A stretch of 64,000 nt of DNA. It comes from Heterodontus francisci. Its lineage: Eukaryota. The stretch lies in the NCBI RefSeq assembly GCF_036365525.1, contig NC_090394.1, positions 74,154,146-74,218,145 on the forward strand. The letters are read 5' to 3'. Below, in pieces: positions 1-32,800 of this stretch; the stretch's first letter is position 1; every line of letters starts with the position of its first letter. The notes under the pieces are model-generated. The model worked only from the letters and a program-made list of their open reading frames with translations, had not been told where the DNA came from and ran no database searches. A program made the translations under genes and the position numbers.

Positions 1-162
1 CTGACATTTCTCACCTTGATGAGGAAATTCAGCAACTTAATTTGTATTATAAAATAAATACTAGTGTATCTTCAGTGGCATTAGTCAGGGTGAGTTGAAC
101 GATATGGTGTTTGACAAGGACAGCAGCATTACATTAAAGAACACTCAACATATTATTCTGCT

Positions 163-425
163 GTTAAGGCCGTACTGTGTGAGATATTGAACTGAGGCCC
201 CTTGTGTCTGCAGTTTAGTTGTCACTATTTTGAAGAAAAGTAGAGAGTTCTCCTGATGTCCAGGCCAACATTCCTCCCTCAATCAGTGCCATCAAAATAG
301 GTTAACTGGCCATTCATTTCATTTCTGTCAACAAGATCTTACACTGTATAAAATGGCTATGTAATGGCCAGCACTTCAAAGAGATTTATTATCTGTGAAA
401 GAGCGTTATACAAATGCAACTGTTT
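163..425 (+). mobile_element. Degenerate Deu-domain SINE
   Basis: tgagatattgaactgaggcccc...ggccaacattcctccctcaatca...gcgttatacaaatgcaa. Confidence 0.6.
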
Positions 426-1084
426 TTTTTATATATTTAAACCAGTACTTAAATCAGCAGCTCAGTGTTCACAAAAGTAAACTATCATGCAAGATGAGAA
501 AGTCCACCTGAGCTCACCCATCCAGAAATAACCCACAGTTCCCTCATGTAGCAGCCATGTGTTCCTTAAATACTTCCAGGGTTTTTGTCTCTCCTACCTT
601 ATTTTTTTTCCACATCAATTCTAAATTAACCTTTTGTTATTTTGAGTTGTGCCCCTCTGTCCGACTGCCATTGTTTCATTTGAAGTACCTTTCCTTTTCT
701 ATCCTGTTGACTACGTTGTATGCATCTATATGAACCCCTTTCTTGAAAATCTCTAATATTTCCACATAATTCAGTTCTTCAATACTCGGGATCCACCTTA
801 CGTCTCGTCTGCAGTATCTGCAGGGCTTGAGGTGTCTTTGTGACCAAAACAGGAGCTGGTATTCAAGGTGCAGTGTAACCATAGCCTATACAGTTTTAGC
901 ATGCACTCAAGTGATTTAGTCCCTTCCCATCACGACATAATCCTCACAACAGACCCCTGTTGCTTCCTGCCCATCAGCCTGTGTTTCTTATCCATTTCTC
1001 AGTGTTTTCATGCAAAGCTATCGAGTGAGCAACCTCTCAGAGTAACTGGTTACCTTGACTGTCCATTGCTTTAAACTTAGCTAT

Positions 1085-1440
1085 CAGTCATAGAATCATA
1101 CTACACAAAAGGAGGCCATTTGACCCAACATGCCTGTGATGGCATTTTGAAAGGCCTATCCCTTCTTCTCCCACAGCCTTATAAATTTTTCCTTTTGTTT
1201 GTATATATCCAATTCCCTTTTCAAATCAATTCCCTTTACTATTGAATCTGCTTCCACCACCCTTTCAGGCAGTGGAATCCAGCTCATAAAAACTTGCTGC
1301 ATAAAAATGAATTCTACACATCCCCCGGCCCCGGCTCGTTTGGCAATTAGTTTTAGCCTGTGTCTTCTGGTTACTGACGCTTCTGCCAATGGAGACAGTT
1401 TCTCCTTATTTACTTTATCAAAACTCCCTCATAATTTTGT
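1085..1440 (-). mobile_element. CR1 LINE 3' end fragment
   Basis: LPERVVEADSI..KRELD remnant plus CR1 3' UTR with (TTCTATGA) tail. Confidence 0.7.
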
Positions 1441-1530
1441 GCATGAATGAATCTTTTCATTCAAGTTTTTCGAGCAATGCAATCTTTCTTAAAGAGTAAT
1501 TGGCTGGCTGGAAAGGCTATTTTCTGACTA

Positions 1531-21089
<19,559 letters not shown>

Positions 21090-21095
21090 CTTGGT

Positions 21096-21151
21096 GTCGC
21101 CCCGAGCAACGCGGCCCCGCGGTTACCAGGGCAACTCCGCCGCGCGTGCGC
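21096..21151. promoter_or_regulatory. RSPH10B proximal promoter/5' leader: two RFX X-box-like sites and an NRF1-like site
   Basis: GTCGCC-CCG-AGCAAC (21096-21110), GTTACC-AG-GGCAAC (21122-21135), GCGCGTGCGC (21142-21151), just upstream of the ATG of a motile-cilium gene. Confidence 0.65.
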
Positions 21152-21379
21152 ACTCAAGAACTGCGGGTCGCTGCAAGGCTCAAAAATAAACGCACCAACA
21201 TGCGCTTTAGAATTCAAAATAGGCAACCCGTTGTACATCCTGCAGATCACAATTATTTGATGCACAAACGTCCTGTTCGCATGTTTTCTTTTCCAGCTCT
21301 TAACGGATCTGCAATCTTTTTCATTATACGTGCAGGCGAATATCCAACTTTCTCCTCCACAGATGCTGATTCTGGCTAG

Positions 21380-21652
21380 GGTTTATATAGCGCCTTTCAG
21401 TCCTCAGGACGTCCCAAAGCTCCTTACAGCAAAGTAAGTACTTTTGAAGCGTAGTCACCATTGTAGTGTAGGAAATACCACAGTTAATTCCCACAAACAA
21501 CAATGTGATAATGACCAGATAATCTGTTTTAGTGATGGTGATTGAGGGATAAATATTGGTCAGATCAAAGGTGGTGACTCTCCTGCTCTTCGATCCATGG
21601 GATCTCCTATGCTCACCTGAGGAAGCAGATGGAACCTTGGTTTAATGTCTCA
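21380..21652 (-). mobile_element. Deu-domain SINE fragment
   Basis: tttatatagcgcctttc...aatgaccagataatctgtttt...gagggataaatattgg...ggtttaatgtctcat. Confidence 0.7.
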
Positions 21653-22386
21653 TGATTCTACTGGTACCAGTACTACATATACATTACCCAATCTATACAC
21701 ACACTTTGTGTGTACGATTCTGGACATTGATAAGGACAGTAGGTTTCCTTTCTTAAAGGGTATTACTGAACAACTGGGTGATTTTTTCTTAGATGACAAC
21801 CCAACAGCTTCATGAGCACTTTTACTTACATTGGCTCATTTTATAGATTAAAAAAATGAATTCAAATTCTCATCCCACATGGTGATATTGGTACTCATGT
21901 TCTCTCGATCACTGGTCTATCCTAATCACCACACTATCATTCCGCCTACTGATTGGCTATTAAGCTGTAGGTTAGGGCTCAAACTGTAGATAATGCTGGA
22001 ATTGCTCTTTGGGAAGGGTTGGTGATTCCAAAAAATATGTTTCCATGAATCAATTTTGGTGGGTTTGCAATCCAAGCACAGCAACATGTCCCATTGTGGT
22101 GGTTCTCTTGGTCTCAGTCACTGCAGTATTGTCAGGTCAGGTGTGGTCCTCTAATCAAAATCCAGTTATCTGTTTACTATTCATTGAATGATTCAGATTA
22201 GGGGGATATAAAGCATGTTTTCTATCATGTACAGCGCTGCTGCCCTATGTGCTCCTACAATTTAAATTCCTCATTCTCATTGCTAATTCTGTTGGATATG
22301 AAATACAAATCCAGTGGCTTCTTTTGAATTTTGTACCAATGTGTTAGAAACCACCCCCCCCCCCCCCCTCAAATTTCTCTTTATAA

Positions 22387-23052
22387 CTTCTTTTGGGCCT
22401 CCTTATCTCGAGAGACAATGGATACGCGCCTGGAGATGGTCAGTGGTTTGTGAGGCAGCGCCTGGAGTGGCTATAAAGGCCAATTCTAGAGTGACAGGCT
22501 CTTCCACAGGTGCTGCAGAGAAATTTGTTTGTCGGGGCTGTTGCACAGTTGGCTCTCCCCTTGCGCTTCTGTCTTTTTTCCTGCCAACTACTAAGTGTCT
22601 TCGACTCGCCACATTTTAGCCCCGTCTTTATGGCTGCCCGCCAGCTCTGGCGAACGCTGGCAACTGACTCCCACGACTTGTGATCAATGTCACAGGATTT
22701 CATGTCGCGTTTGCAGACGTCTTTAAAGCGGAGACATGGACGGCCGGTGGGTCTGATACCAGTGGCGAGCTCGCTGTACAATGTGTCTTTGGGGATCCTG
22801 CCATCTTCCATGCGGCTCACATGGCCAAGCCATCTCAAGTGCCGCTGACTCAGTAGTGTGTACAAGCTGGGGATGTTGGCCGCCTCGAGGACTTCTGTGT
22901 TGGAGATACGGTCCTGCCACCTGATGCCAAGTATTCTCCGGAGGCAGCGAAGATGGAATGAATTGAGACGTCGCTCTTGGCTGACATACGTTGTCCAGGC
23001 CTCGCTGCCATGGAGCAAGGTACTGAGGACACAGGCCTGATACACTTGGACT
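22387..23052 (-). mobile_element. RTE-clade LINE 3' fragment (AviRTE/BovB-related type)
   Basis: Open frame YQACVLSTLLHGSEAW..FHLRCLRRILGIRWQD..RWLGHVSRM..GRP..RFKD, C-terminal CSTCGRACHSRIGLYSH zinc finger, short 3' UTR and GAA-type tail. Confidence 0.9.
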
Positions 23053-23683
23053 AGGTTCAGCAAAGGAGTCATTCAACTCAAGGTCAGTCAGTGCAAGAAG
23101 CAAGGTTGAATGACCGCTGTCAAGATGAGATAATGTAATGAGTCCAAGGCTGAGTGAGCTCCCAAACTGCCGACTCCTCACACACCTTCTACTGGCTCCG
23201 CTCACCAAGTCAATGCTTATGGCCACTGTCCATTGACCCTGTTGGAATGTTATGAAAATATGGGACCAGTCTTGGCAGTGATTAATCAACTCAAATACCT
23301 AGTTTCTAACATTAAGCAGACTGGAACACATCTTTGTGATTAGGTTTTGGCAGTTGATCTTGTTCCAGCAATGCAGGTTTTTGAGGAATCAAGGAACATA
23401 GAATTTTGTGGCATGCTTTTGTCACATTCCCTGCCAAGAATTTAGTAAACAGAGGTAGACAGCAGTGGAAAATATATATTTTTTTAATGGAAATGAAAAA
23501 AATTAGTAGTTTCCAATATTGATTAAAATTGCAGTTAAGCTTGTACAGAATTCCAGAAAGAGGGCAATTCACTGCTAGTACAACATAATCAGGTTTGATG
23601 ATTAACTTTTAAAATGAAAACTATTCACGTAGTATAACATTCTATGATTAACAGTTTAATATACACGGGCTGAACACAGCCAT

Positions 23684-23827
23684 TCATTCCACGGATATCA
23701 TGTCCAAGTTCGCTAAATGTCTCATGGTTGGACGTCCATGTGGGCAGTTCCAGGGATGCTCTATCTCACCCATGTGCATAACCAACTTCTTCATCTCACT
23801 GATACAAAGTGCAGTCCCAATCATCAC
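23684..23827 (-). CDS. PMS2: PMS2 exon 15 (terminal)
   Basis: VMIGTAL...[27 protein letters not shown]; possible ATTAAA at 23655-23660. Confidence 0.96.
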   Translation of the reverse strand: MMIGTALCISEMKKLVMHMGEIEHPWNCPHGRPTMRHLANLDMISVE

Positions 23828-26800
23828 CTGTCAAAGAAAGAGTTGCACAATATAAAACACAATGATACTGCCTTCCACCTCCTTACTTCAGATGTTGTTT
23901 ACACCAGTGGCCCCTTCAACAGCTTGTCCTACTGCCCATTCCTGACGGGAAACCCAGGGCAATAAGTAATGATGGGACAATTATGCAGCAGAGGACACTG
24001 CAGTTTAGACTGATCCTGTCCTCCTCACCCACACACTTTCCAGCAGAAAATCATTAGATAACAATCAGAAGCAGGAACCTAGCTTGATTTCTCCTCCCCC
24101 CACTCCCCCCCAGCAAAGGGTGTTTAAGACAATTGTAGCACATTAACTGACTCAACACAGATCAAAGCTGAGTTTTTTTTTATTGCACATGGGACATCCA
24201 CTCACTAATCCATTGGGGGAGCTGGGTGCACATTTAAGTGGAAAGCCAGCAGCCACATGCAGCTATACAAGCCATCGGTGGAGGAAAGCAAAGCCCAATG
24301 CACACAGAACTCAATTTCTGAATACTGGGGAGAATCTAATGGGATAAATTGCTCTTTTAACAATTCAAAACTTGAATCAAGAGGGCACCCTTTATCAAAG
24401 TTTGGACTTAGAAAATTGGTGGCATGTAGTTTGCAGTTATGCTGCAGCTGATCCACGATGCATCAAAGTATTATTTGGTGAGCTCGTTTCAGGCTCCTTG
24501 ATAATGACAGCATTATTCAGCAGGCTGGGCCTCAATGCAGGGCAAAAGATTCTGTTGAACTAACAGCAAGCATGCTGTTTAACAAGGGCATAAAAATATG
24601 ATGCCCTTCTCTCAGAGTCTCAGCTTATCGTAAGATTTACAGTGCAATACATTGGTCTTTAGGGATCGTGCAATGCATTAGTGATGATCATTAAGTGCAC
24701 TTTCTGGTTAGAAACGCTTCAAGGAGCACTTACCGACTTTCTACAAGCTCTGGAAGCAAACATCTGCCTGACTCTGGATGGCCGACACATAACTCCAGGG
24801 CTGTCACTCAGCATGAAAATCAGCTCCTCAATATCCTGCGGACCAAACGTCCAGTTCTTGCTCATTGGCAAGGAAACCAGCTTCACTCTGTCATTGGGAG
24901 GGGCTGTATGGAAAAGCACCAAGGACAAAAAAAAAAGGCTTTCTATAAGCTTTATAGGCTTTAGCTCAAAGTTTCAGATATTTCCCAAATAACTCCTCTC
25001 CTGTCAACAAGATACCAATGTTTGGAGAAGTGGTTCTCCAGATATTTAATATATAATGAAAGTAAAAGAATAGATCCTTGAACAAAGAGAAGTTCTGTCC
25101 TGCGTTTTAAATACAAGGAGACAAACCAACCTTGCTCATTTATAATAAAATCAAAACCATTCTTTCCGAAAATGTCCATGTTTTCCATCAGTACTGTTTC
25201 ATTCACTGCAGTTAAATGAAGATTCTGGGGCCTGGAAGTTGAAAACAATATTTAACTATATGAATGGAGAAGAATATTCTCTTGAAAAAAAAAAGCAAGA
25301 TCACATCTAACTTCCATTGTACTTTTGAATCACCTATCACAGAGGATGACAGGAATATTTATAGATTGTGTATAACAAAATAGAGTTACTGACAGTTAAC
25401 CCCACAGACCAAATTTCAATATATGTACTCAATTATTCTATGCATTTTGAAGCAATACAATTGGAGTACATTAACTTCAACACTGAAAACCTGATGCACT
25501 TGACATTCCATTACTAGGGAGGGGTGGTGTACATCGATAAAACGGATAGGTCTCCCATCAAGGATCAGTCATTTTTCAAAGATTAGAAAAATAGGAGCAG
25601 GAGGGGATCACTCAGCTTCTCAAGCCTGCTCCACCATTCAATGAGATCATGGCTGATTTGTATTTTAACTCCATCCACCACCTTAGCTCCATATCCTAGC
25701 AAAAAAGTATTGTTCTCAATCTTGAGGGCTCCAATTGTCCCAGCATCCATTACCTTTTGGGGAGAAAATTCCAACATTTTCTATTAAGACTATAAGGTTT
25801 AGTGAAAAGTGCATTACAGGAAATAATCAATAATTCCTTTCAGACAACAGTGTGACAAACAACAAAGAGAAAACCTTACGCTATAAGCTTTTGACTTTGA
25901 AGAACCGTGTGTTGCTGCAGCATTTCAAAGTTGTACTTCTCATCAGTAGCATGCTGGTCCACAATGAACAGGTCCGAGTCCAACTTGGTGATGATAAACC
26001 CCAGATTAAACTGGCCAATGATCTCCATGCTGGCAAAGCTGTCTTTGCTGCAAACAGGAGAGGATAAGGTCACTCAGTATACGAGGCTAGTGCAATTCAC
26101 TTCAAAGAAAAAAAATGCTCCATTATTCCAATCACTAAATAAGATTTAATTTGAGATATAGCAGAGTTATAATATAGGTCCAACAACAGATGGTTTGGGA
26201 TCGGTTAAAAATGCCTACACGGTCCCAAGATGGGATTTCTTTTCCTCCACAATAAAACAATCAACAAAGGATCAAATTTTTATTTAAACTTTGTTTTGAA
26301 GAGACATATTGACAGCTTAGCTCAGTTGGTAGCACTTTACTCTAGACTAGCTCTACCGAGGGAACACTACTTTATTTACAGTGCTGCACTTCAGGTGAGA
26401 TGTTAAACTGAGGTCCCATCTGCTTGTTCAAACAGACTATAAAAATGATGGTGGGGTGATATTCAGGAACAACGATCCACGGTTGAAAGCACTTTCTTCA
26501 TCATAGTGTTACAAAAGGTTTTATTTTTGTACTAAAATCTTAGACTGGTGTGTGTTCTAAAAAACTGAAAAGAAGGATTTTCAGTAGGCCTGGACACCTG
26601 CAAATAGCTGGAATTTTGGGGATGTTGACTTTATATGCAAGAATAGGAGAAGCAAGCAGTTTCAAGGAAACAACAAGGGGTTTTGATCTCCTAAGAGCAA
26701 AACCTTAAATGACAGAGGAGAGACTCTGTCTGGTCATGTGATTGGTTCACTTCGGACACTTTAAAAAAAAATCAGAGAGTTGGACAAAAAGCAGGCTTTT

Positions 26801-29800
26801 TGAAACTTAGACCTGACCTGCCTGGAGACTGGAGAAAAAGACTTCTCTCTGTAAAGGAGACTTGCATCTCTTGAAAAGAAATCCTGCATTTGAAAAGTGG
26901 CATATTCCTATTGCCTCCTGTCTCTGAAGGATTCCTGCATCCAGAGTGGTTCCTGTTGCCTCCTGTGTTTTGGGAAATCCTGGAACCTGAACAAAGCTTC
27001 TATTGCTGTGTTGCTGCTGTGAGTCCTGAGCAGACCAGTTGCGACACCCTTGCTGAAAGACCAATGTGAAGCCTGCTACAGACAAATTGCCTTAACGCCT
27101 ACCCATCACAGAGTGTTCATCAAACATGCGTGGAGAGACTTTGAGTGGCATCTGACTATTTGACTCTGGGACACCTTATTGTGCCCAAAACATCCTAACA
27201 GAATGTGATAAACTCAATCATTTCATTTTTTCCTTTTTATTCCTAAGAAACAGCTGTAAACAAAAAATCCTTTTTCCTCTGTTAACTGGTTTTTGAATGT
27301 ATGTATGATTGCATGAGGGCGAGGAAGAATAAGGAGTGTTAAAAAATATTTTCATATATAGATTTATCGCATTATTCTTTAAGACTTCTTATTTCTTTTC
27401 TAATAAATAGTTAATATTGTTATTGTTTAAAGAAACCTGGTTTGGTGTGCTTTATTCTGAGGGACAAATAGAATGTCTAAATTGGCTATTCTTCGGTAAG
27501 GAGAAACTTTCTCGATATGCTGTGACCTGTGGAGTAGTGGGACTGAATTAACAGTGCATTACTCCCGTCTTGATCGTAACAACAGCATATTTATTATATA
27601 GTGTGGCCTTAAGTTGAAACAACATTAACGGCATTTTAAAATTACCACTGAAATTGCATTAAGTGAAACCTAGGAACGCTGTAGTGGATCTGTGCATCAA
27701 ATGCTCAGCCAGAGCAGTTATGGGTGAAACAGTTCGCTTCTTTCAAAAGGAGCTGGTTAAGTAACTGGTTGTGGGGATCAGTACAGTCGGAGATAATCAA
27801 TTATCTAAAATCAATGGTTCCTGTGCTGTTGAGGCTGGGGAAGGGGGCAAATGGGTTGCATGTGGAAGCAGTCGGTTAGGGTTGAATAGTGAAAATATGA
27901 GGGTGGATGACTGGAGCTTTACTGGATTAATTGTAAAGATCAAGGAGTATTTATAATAAACTTTATCTCAGCAAAGTTCACGCGAGATGACACATGGTCT
28001 ACAGAAGTAGCAAACTTGAAGGAACAAATAACCTTTTCTCATTCTATGCTTTTTCATGATTATATATTTAAAAACACAACTTATTTCTGATGAAATTACT
28101 GTGCATAAATTTTTACCAGCCAGCGTAAGGTTTTGGTTAGCTCCTAAATTTGCTCCCAATTCTTCAGCTGTTATCAATAGCTGGGAAAACTTTGTAAATG
28201 CACTGAGCCCTTAGCTTTGATTACTGCAATAGAATAATTCATAGTTATATCTTGTAGAGCATTACAGACCATGCATTACATAGTCTTTTCAATCAGGTAA
28301 ATAAGTGGTAATTTATAATGTATAAACCTATTCAAAAGCAAATATAAATACATCATACAAACTAACATATGTAGCATAGTGGTGATATTGCTGGACTAAT
28401 GATCCAGAGACATGAGTTCAAATCCCACCATGGCAGCTGGAGAATTTAAATTTAAACCACCAAATTGTCATAAAAAAACAATCTGATGTCCTTTAGGGAA
28501 GGAAATCTGCTGTCCATACCTGGTCTGACATACATGTGATTCCAGACCCACAGCAATGTGGTTGACTCTTACCTTGAAGTGACCTAGCAAGCCATTCAGT
28601 TGTAATCAAGGCAGCGGCTCACCACCACCTTCTCAAGGGCAAAAGGGATGGGCAATAAATGTTGGACTTGACAGCGACGCTCACATTCTGTGAATGAATA
28701 AAAAATGCTGACAATTACCTAATCTCTTTTCTGAGTTCAGCTTCTGCTGCTTGATTGTCTCCGGGACTAATCTGGGCTCGAAATCGCCTGCATCTCTGCG
28801 CCTCTTTCTGTTGTGCTTGCTGCTTATTGACCATCTTCATCCTTTCAGCAAGAAGGCTCATACAGAAAGGGAACTTCACAATCTTTTTATTCATTTCTAC
28901 CAGTACATCGATTTCTGAAGTCTGAAACGGTCCGAGACCTAAAGACAAGCCATCATCCAAACACAAGCTGCCAACCTTCACGCGTTTTGCGCCCTGGGTG
29001 ACAGGATCGTGCAAGCAAGAACTTGTTGAACCAGCCTTCTCTGTTAGCACAGCAATGCTAGGTACCGAAATGTCACAGCCAGTCTTTTCAGTTTTCAGTT
29101 CTATATCTCCTTTCTCAGCTTCTGAAAAATTCAGTCGTACATTGGGCGAGCTAACTGCACTGTCAGAGCCATCAGTAGATTTGGACCAAGTATTGTCCTC
29201 TGGTGTGTTGCAGCCAAGTACTGAGCATGGTGTTGTGCTGCCTTTTCCAGAATCTGTATCACTTTCAGAGTTCCTGGAATCCTGCTCCATTTGTTTGGGA
29301 TTTCCAGATGCTGGACAATCAGGCTGAGGGCTCCTCAGTTTACAACTGGTCAAAAATGTATGTAGTTTTCTTTGCACTGGTAAGTCCTGTTGTTTGTTAG
29401 ACTTGGGCCCACATAATGATGATTGGCGTAGGGAGTATGCCTCACGTAACCTGGAAATGCTTATACTCTTCTCTTTCTCTGAATACGATTGCACAACAGG
29501 TGATTCCTGCTTGGTTGAAACAGAGGACTCTGGACCGACTGTCTGTGGAACTTTTTCAGAGATTCCTAAAACTGGGAACAAAGCTTAACATTTAGAATCA
29601 CAAAATGACCTGTCCAATATTGCACTATATGCTACTTGGACCTTTATCGTTCAGTCAGTAGAATGGCACACTTATCTGGTCAATTTCCAACATATTGGTA
29701 ACAAAAGTTTTTTTAAAACATTTTCCTGGGTTATGGGTAAAAGTCAACGTAATCTGGGACTACAGTCATGCGAAAGGCAAAGTAGGTTGGCCGGGGTCGG

Positions 29801-32800
29801 GGGGGGGGGGCGGGGGTAGGTTCCCTTCCCTGAAGGACATTAATGAAGCACTTTTTTTCTAAAGCAACAATTTGGCAACTTTTCATGATGGTTTTTTTGG
29901 TGCCAGCCAACAAATTACCAAATTTACTGAATTCTATTTCATTGCTTGCCATCATGGGATTTGAACGCATGACCTCTGGATTGCTAACCCAGTGACAAAA
30001 CCACAGTGCTACATGCCCAAGAATTATTGCAATAAGATTTTTGGTTGATGGGAAGAGAAACTAAAACTGGTGCATTTTTGAAACTGAAAAGGTCGAGCAA
30101 TGAAAGTGTTATAAATTTCAGCTTTCACAGGTGCACTTAAGTTAATAATTCTGTCATGCAGGCCTCCACCTGCCAAGAATGAGACACATATTTCACCACA
30201 TGAACATTAAAACTTAAAATTGTTGCTGGGAAGAAAAGAGGGCCTATCACAAGGAATTGCCAGGCCCCTCGCTGGAAAGATGTTTTTTGCATACTAGCAA
30301 ACAGTGTTGGAACAAAGGAACCAGTCACTGCCCCAATACACAAACAGACGCGGTCAGACCAGTTTAGTCACATGACTAGTCACATGAATTTGAACTTGCC
30401 ACAAAGGATTTGAAGACAGAAAGCTCTTTGCTCCTAGACTGAAAAGACCTCTCTCCTGTCTGCTCCCATTTCTCTCCCACAGAACTGAAGACCCATTGAA
30501 GACACATGAACCCCAAGAGAGAAAAGTCTCCTGCAGTTAACAAGGTTTAAAAAGAATACTGGGCCCCAATGAAAAGCAAGACTCCCTACAAAAGAACTGC
30601 AGTGAGCTCGAAGCACAGTAACAAGAAACTTTACTGATATTGCCTCAAAACTCTCTACCTTATTTTTTCTTCTGCTCTTTTCTGTCTCTATTTGTTTGTA
30701 TCGTGTATGCATGCTAGTATGGGGCATGGCATGTATCCGTAGGCGTTAACTGAATGAGAGACTAAGTTTAAGTTTAATAGAAATTTCACTTTTCTTCTTT
30801 AAACCTGAGAAAACCTGGTGTGCTGGTTTCTTTGCCTTATAATTGGAAAGCGGTGAACAGGGATTCACCAAAGGAGAGTTTAAAACATAAACCCTGTTAC
30901 AATAAGACCAGGTGAAGGCTAAAAAGGACCTCTAGACACCTTTCTCATCTGGTCGTAACAATTTCTCAACTTTGAATCAAAATTCTATATACAGTGACAT
31001 TTGTGAACAGTCAGCAACGGCTATAGTCCATGCATACATGCCAGAGACGGACAAGTAGCATTGTCTCTGAAATAATTTATCTGTAATTAGGTGCAATTTA
31101 AAACTCTCAAAACGATAGTGCCCTTCACAAAGTGTAATGTACTTTCAAGTACTACAGCAGTATTTTACTTGTATCTTTCCATCTTTAACTCTTAAGGTAC
31201 CAATTACACAACTAAAATAAAAACTTTTTTTTAAAAAACCATTCAATACAGAACACATAAAGCCTAAAAACTACTGTTTGTGATATTATCGTATGAACAC
31301 TGTCACCTTCCAATACCATTGCTGGGTCACACTATCTTAAGTGAGGTATTGTTGAAATTGCAGCATACATTGCTGATCCTTCATCGTCACTGGGTCAAAA
31401 TTCTGGAACTCGCTACCGAGCAGTGCGGTGGGAGTATTTTTACCACACTGACCTCAGCGGTTCAAGAAGGTGACTCATCATCATCTTCTCGAGCACAATT
31501 AGGGATGGGCAATAAATGCTGGGTTTGCCAGTGAGGCCTACATCCCAGGAACAAATGAAAGAAGACAGAATTTGATACAAGGACATTAACTGGCCATTTG
31601 CTGCCAACATAAATAAAACTTTCACAGGGTTCTGCGGTGAAGTGCTTATATTAGAATGACTTGATTGAACTACAGCTCACGTTTAGCCATATATTAATCT
31701 ATAATGTTCTTGTAACTCACTGACTAACATTAATCTACAGTACTTACAGTTCACTGAGAGTCATATATTAAATAACAGCTACACTACAGGTTTTTACTTT
31801 TGATAGACTTTCATGGAATATTTGTCTCTCTATAGTTGGTTAAACCTATAATACACTGTATGCTGGAACTAAAAGACAGAAATTGTTGAATATTTTATGT
31901 TCAGTTTTCTCACACACCAAAACCTTTTTTGGTTGAGAAGGACTGTAGCTGTGTTCTGTACCTGGCATCTGAAGAAACTTCTGATTAACGCTGAGCTTGT
32001 TAACATTAGAATTGTACATCTGAATAAGGGATGTCTTCAGGATTGCAAGAAGCAGCTTTTCCTCCTGAAGAAGAATCTGTCTCTTGTCTGGTGTAACATT
32101 GAGGTCCACACATTCTAAAGATGGCAAAGCACATCTAGTAAATGAAGATGGCTGAATTTATTAGGAGAATACATCATACCATGGCTGTATAAGTCAGCAC
32201 AGAATAGATGTCTATTACTACAATTAATATGCAATTTTCTTTATTTTCTTATTTAAAATAAAACTGTTTAGTGCATTAGTTCACAATGTTTTTCAGCCAA
32301 TTTATTCACAAATAAAAACTTCTAAAATATATGCTTAACTGTCACTTACCAGAGTCAACACAGATATTAAGGGCAACAAATGGATACTGGTGCCTGTTGT
32401 ACGTGTGATATACTTCATTTACAAGTTTGGAAACCTAAAGATAAAGTTAAAGCATTTTAGTCGTCATCAAATAAACAAACACAATGATCGTCACTAGATG
32501 GATCTAGTTAGACTTTTCATTAAATTATTTCTCCATTCTTGCCAACATGTTGATTGTTTCAATTTTTTAATGTCTCTTGAAATGCATAACTGTTCTTGGC
32601 TGAGGTCAGGCAGCCAGTCAGTATGATAATGGTGTAGGCTGACTCAACCTCACAATTTTTCATTTATTTCCTGTGACAAGGTTCATCGCCTCTCAACGGT
32701 CTGAACAAGATCACAAACTGACCACAAAGAACCACGGGCACTGACCAGATCAGGAACTGACCACAAGGAACCACGGGCACAGACCAGATCAGGAACTGAC

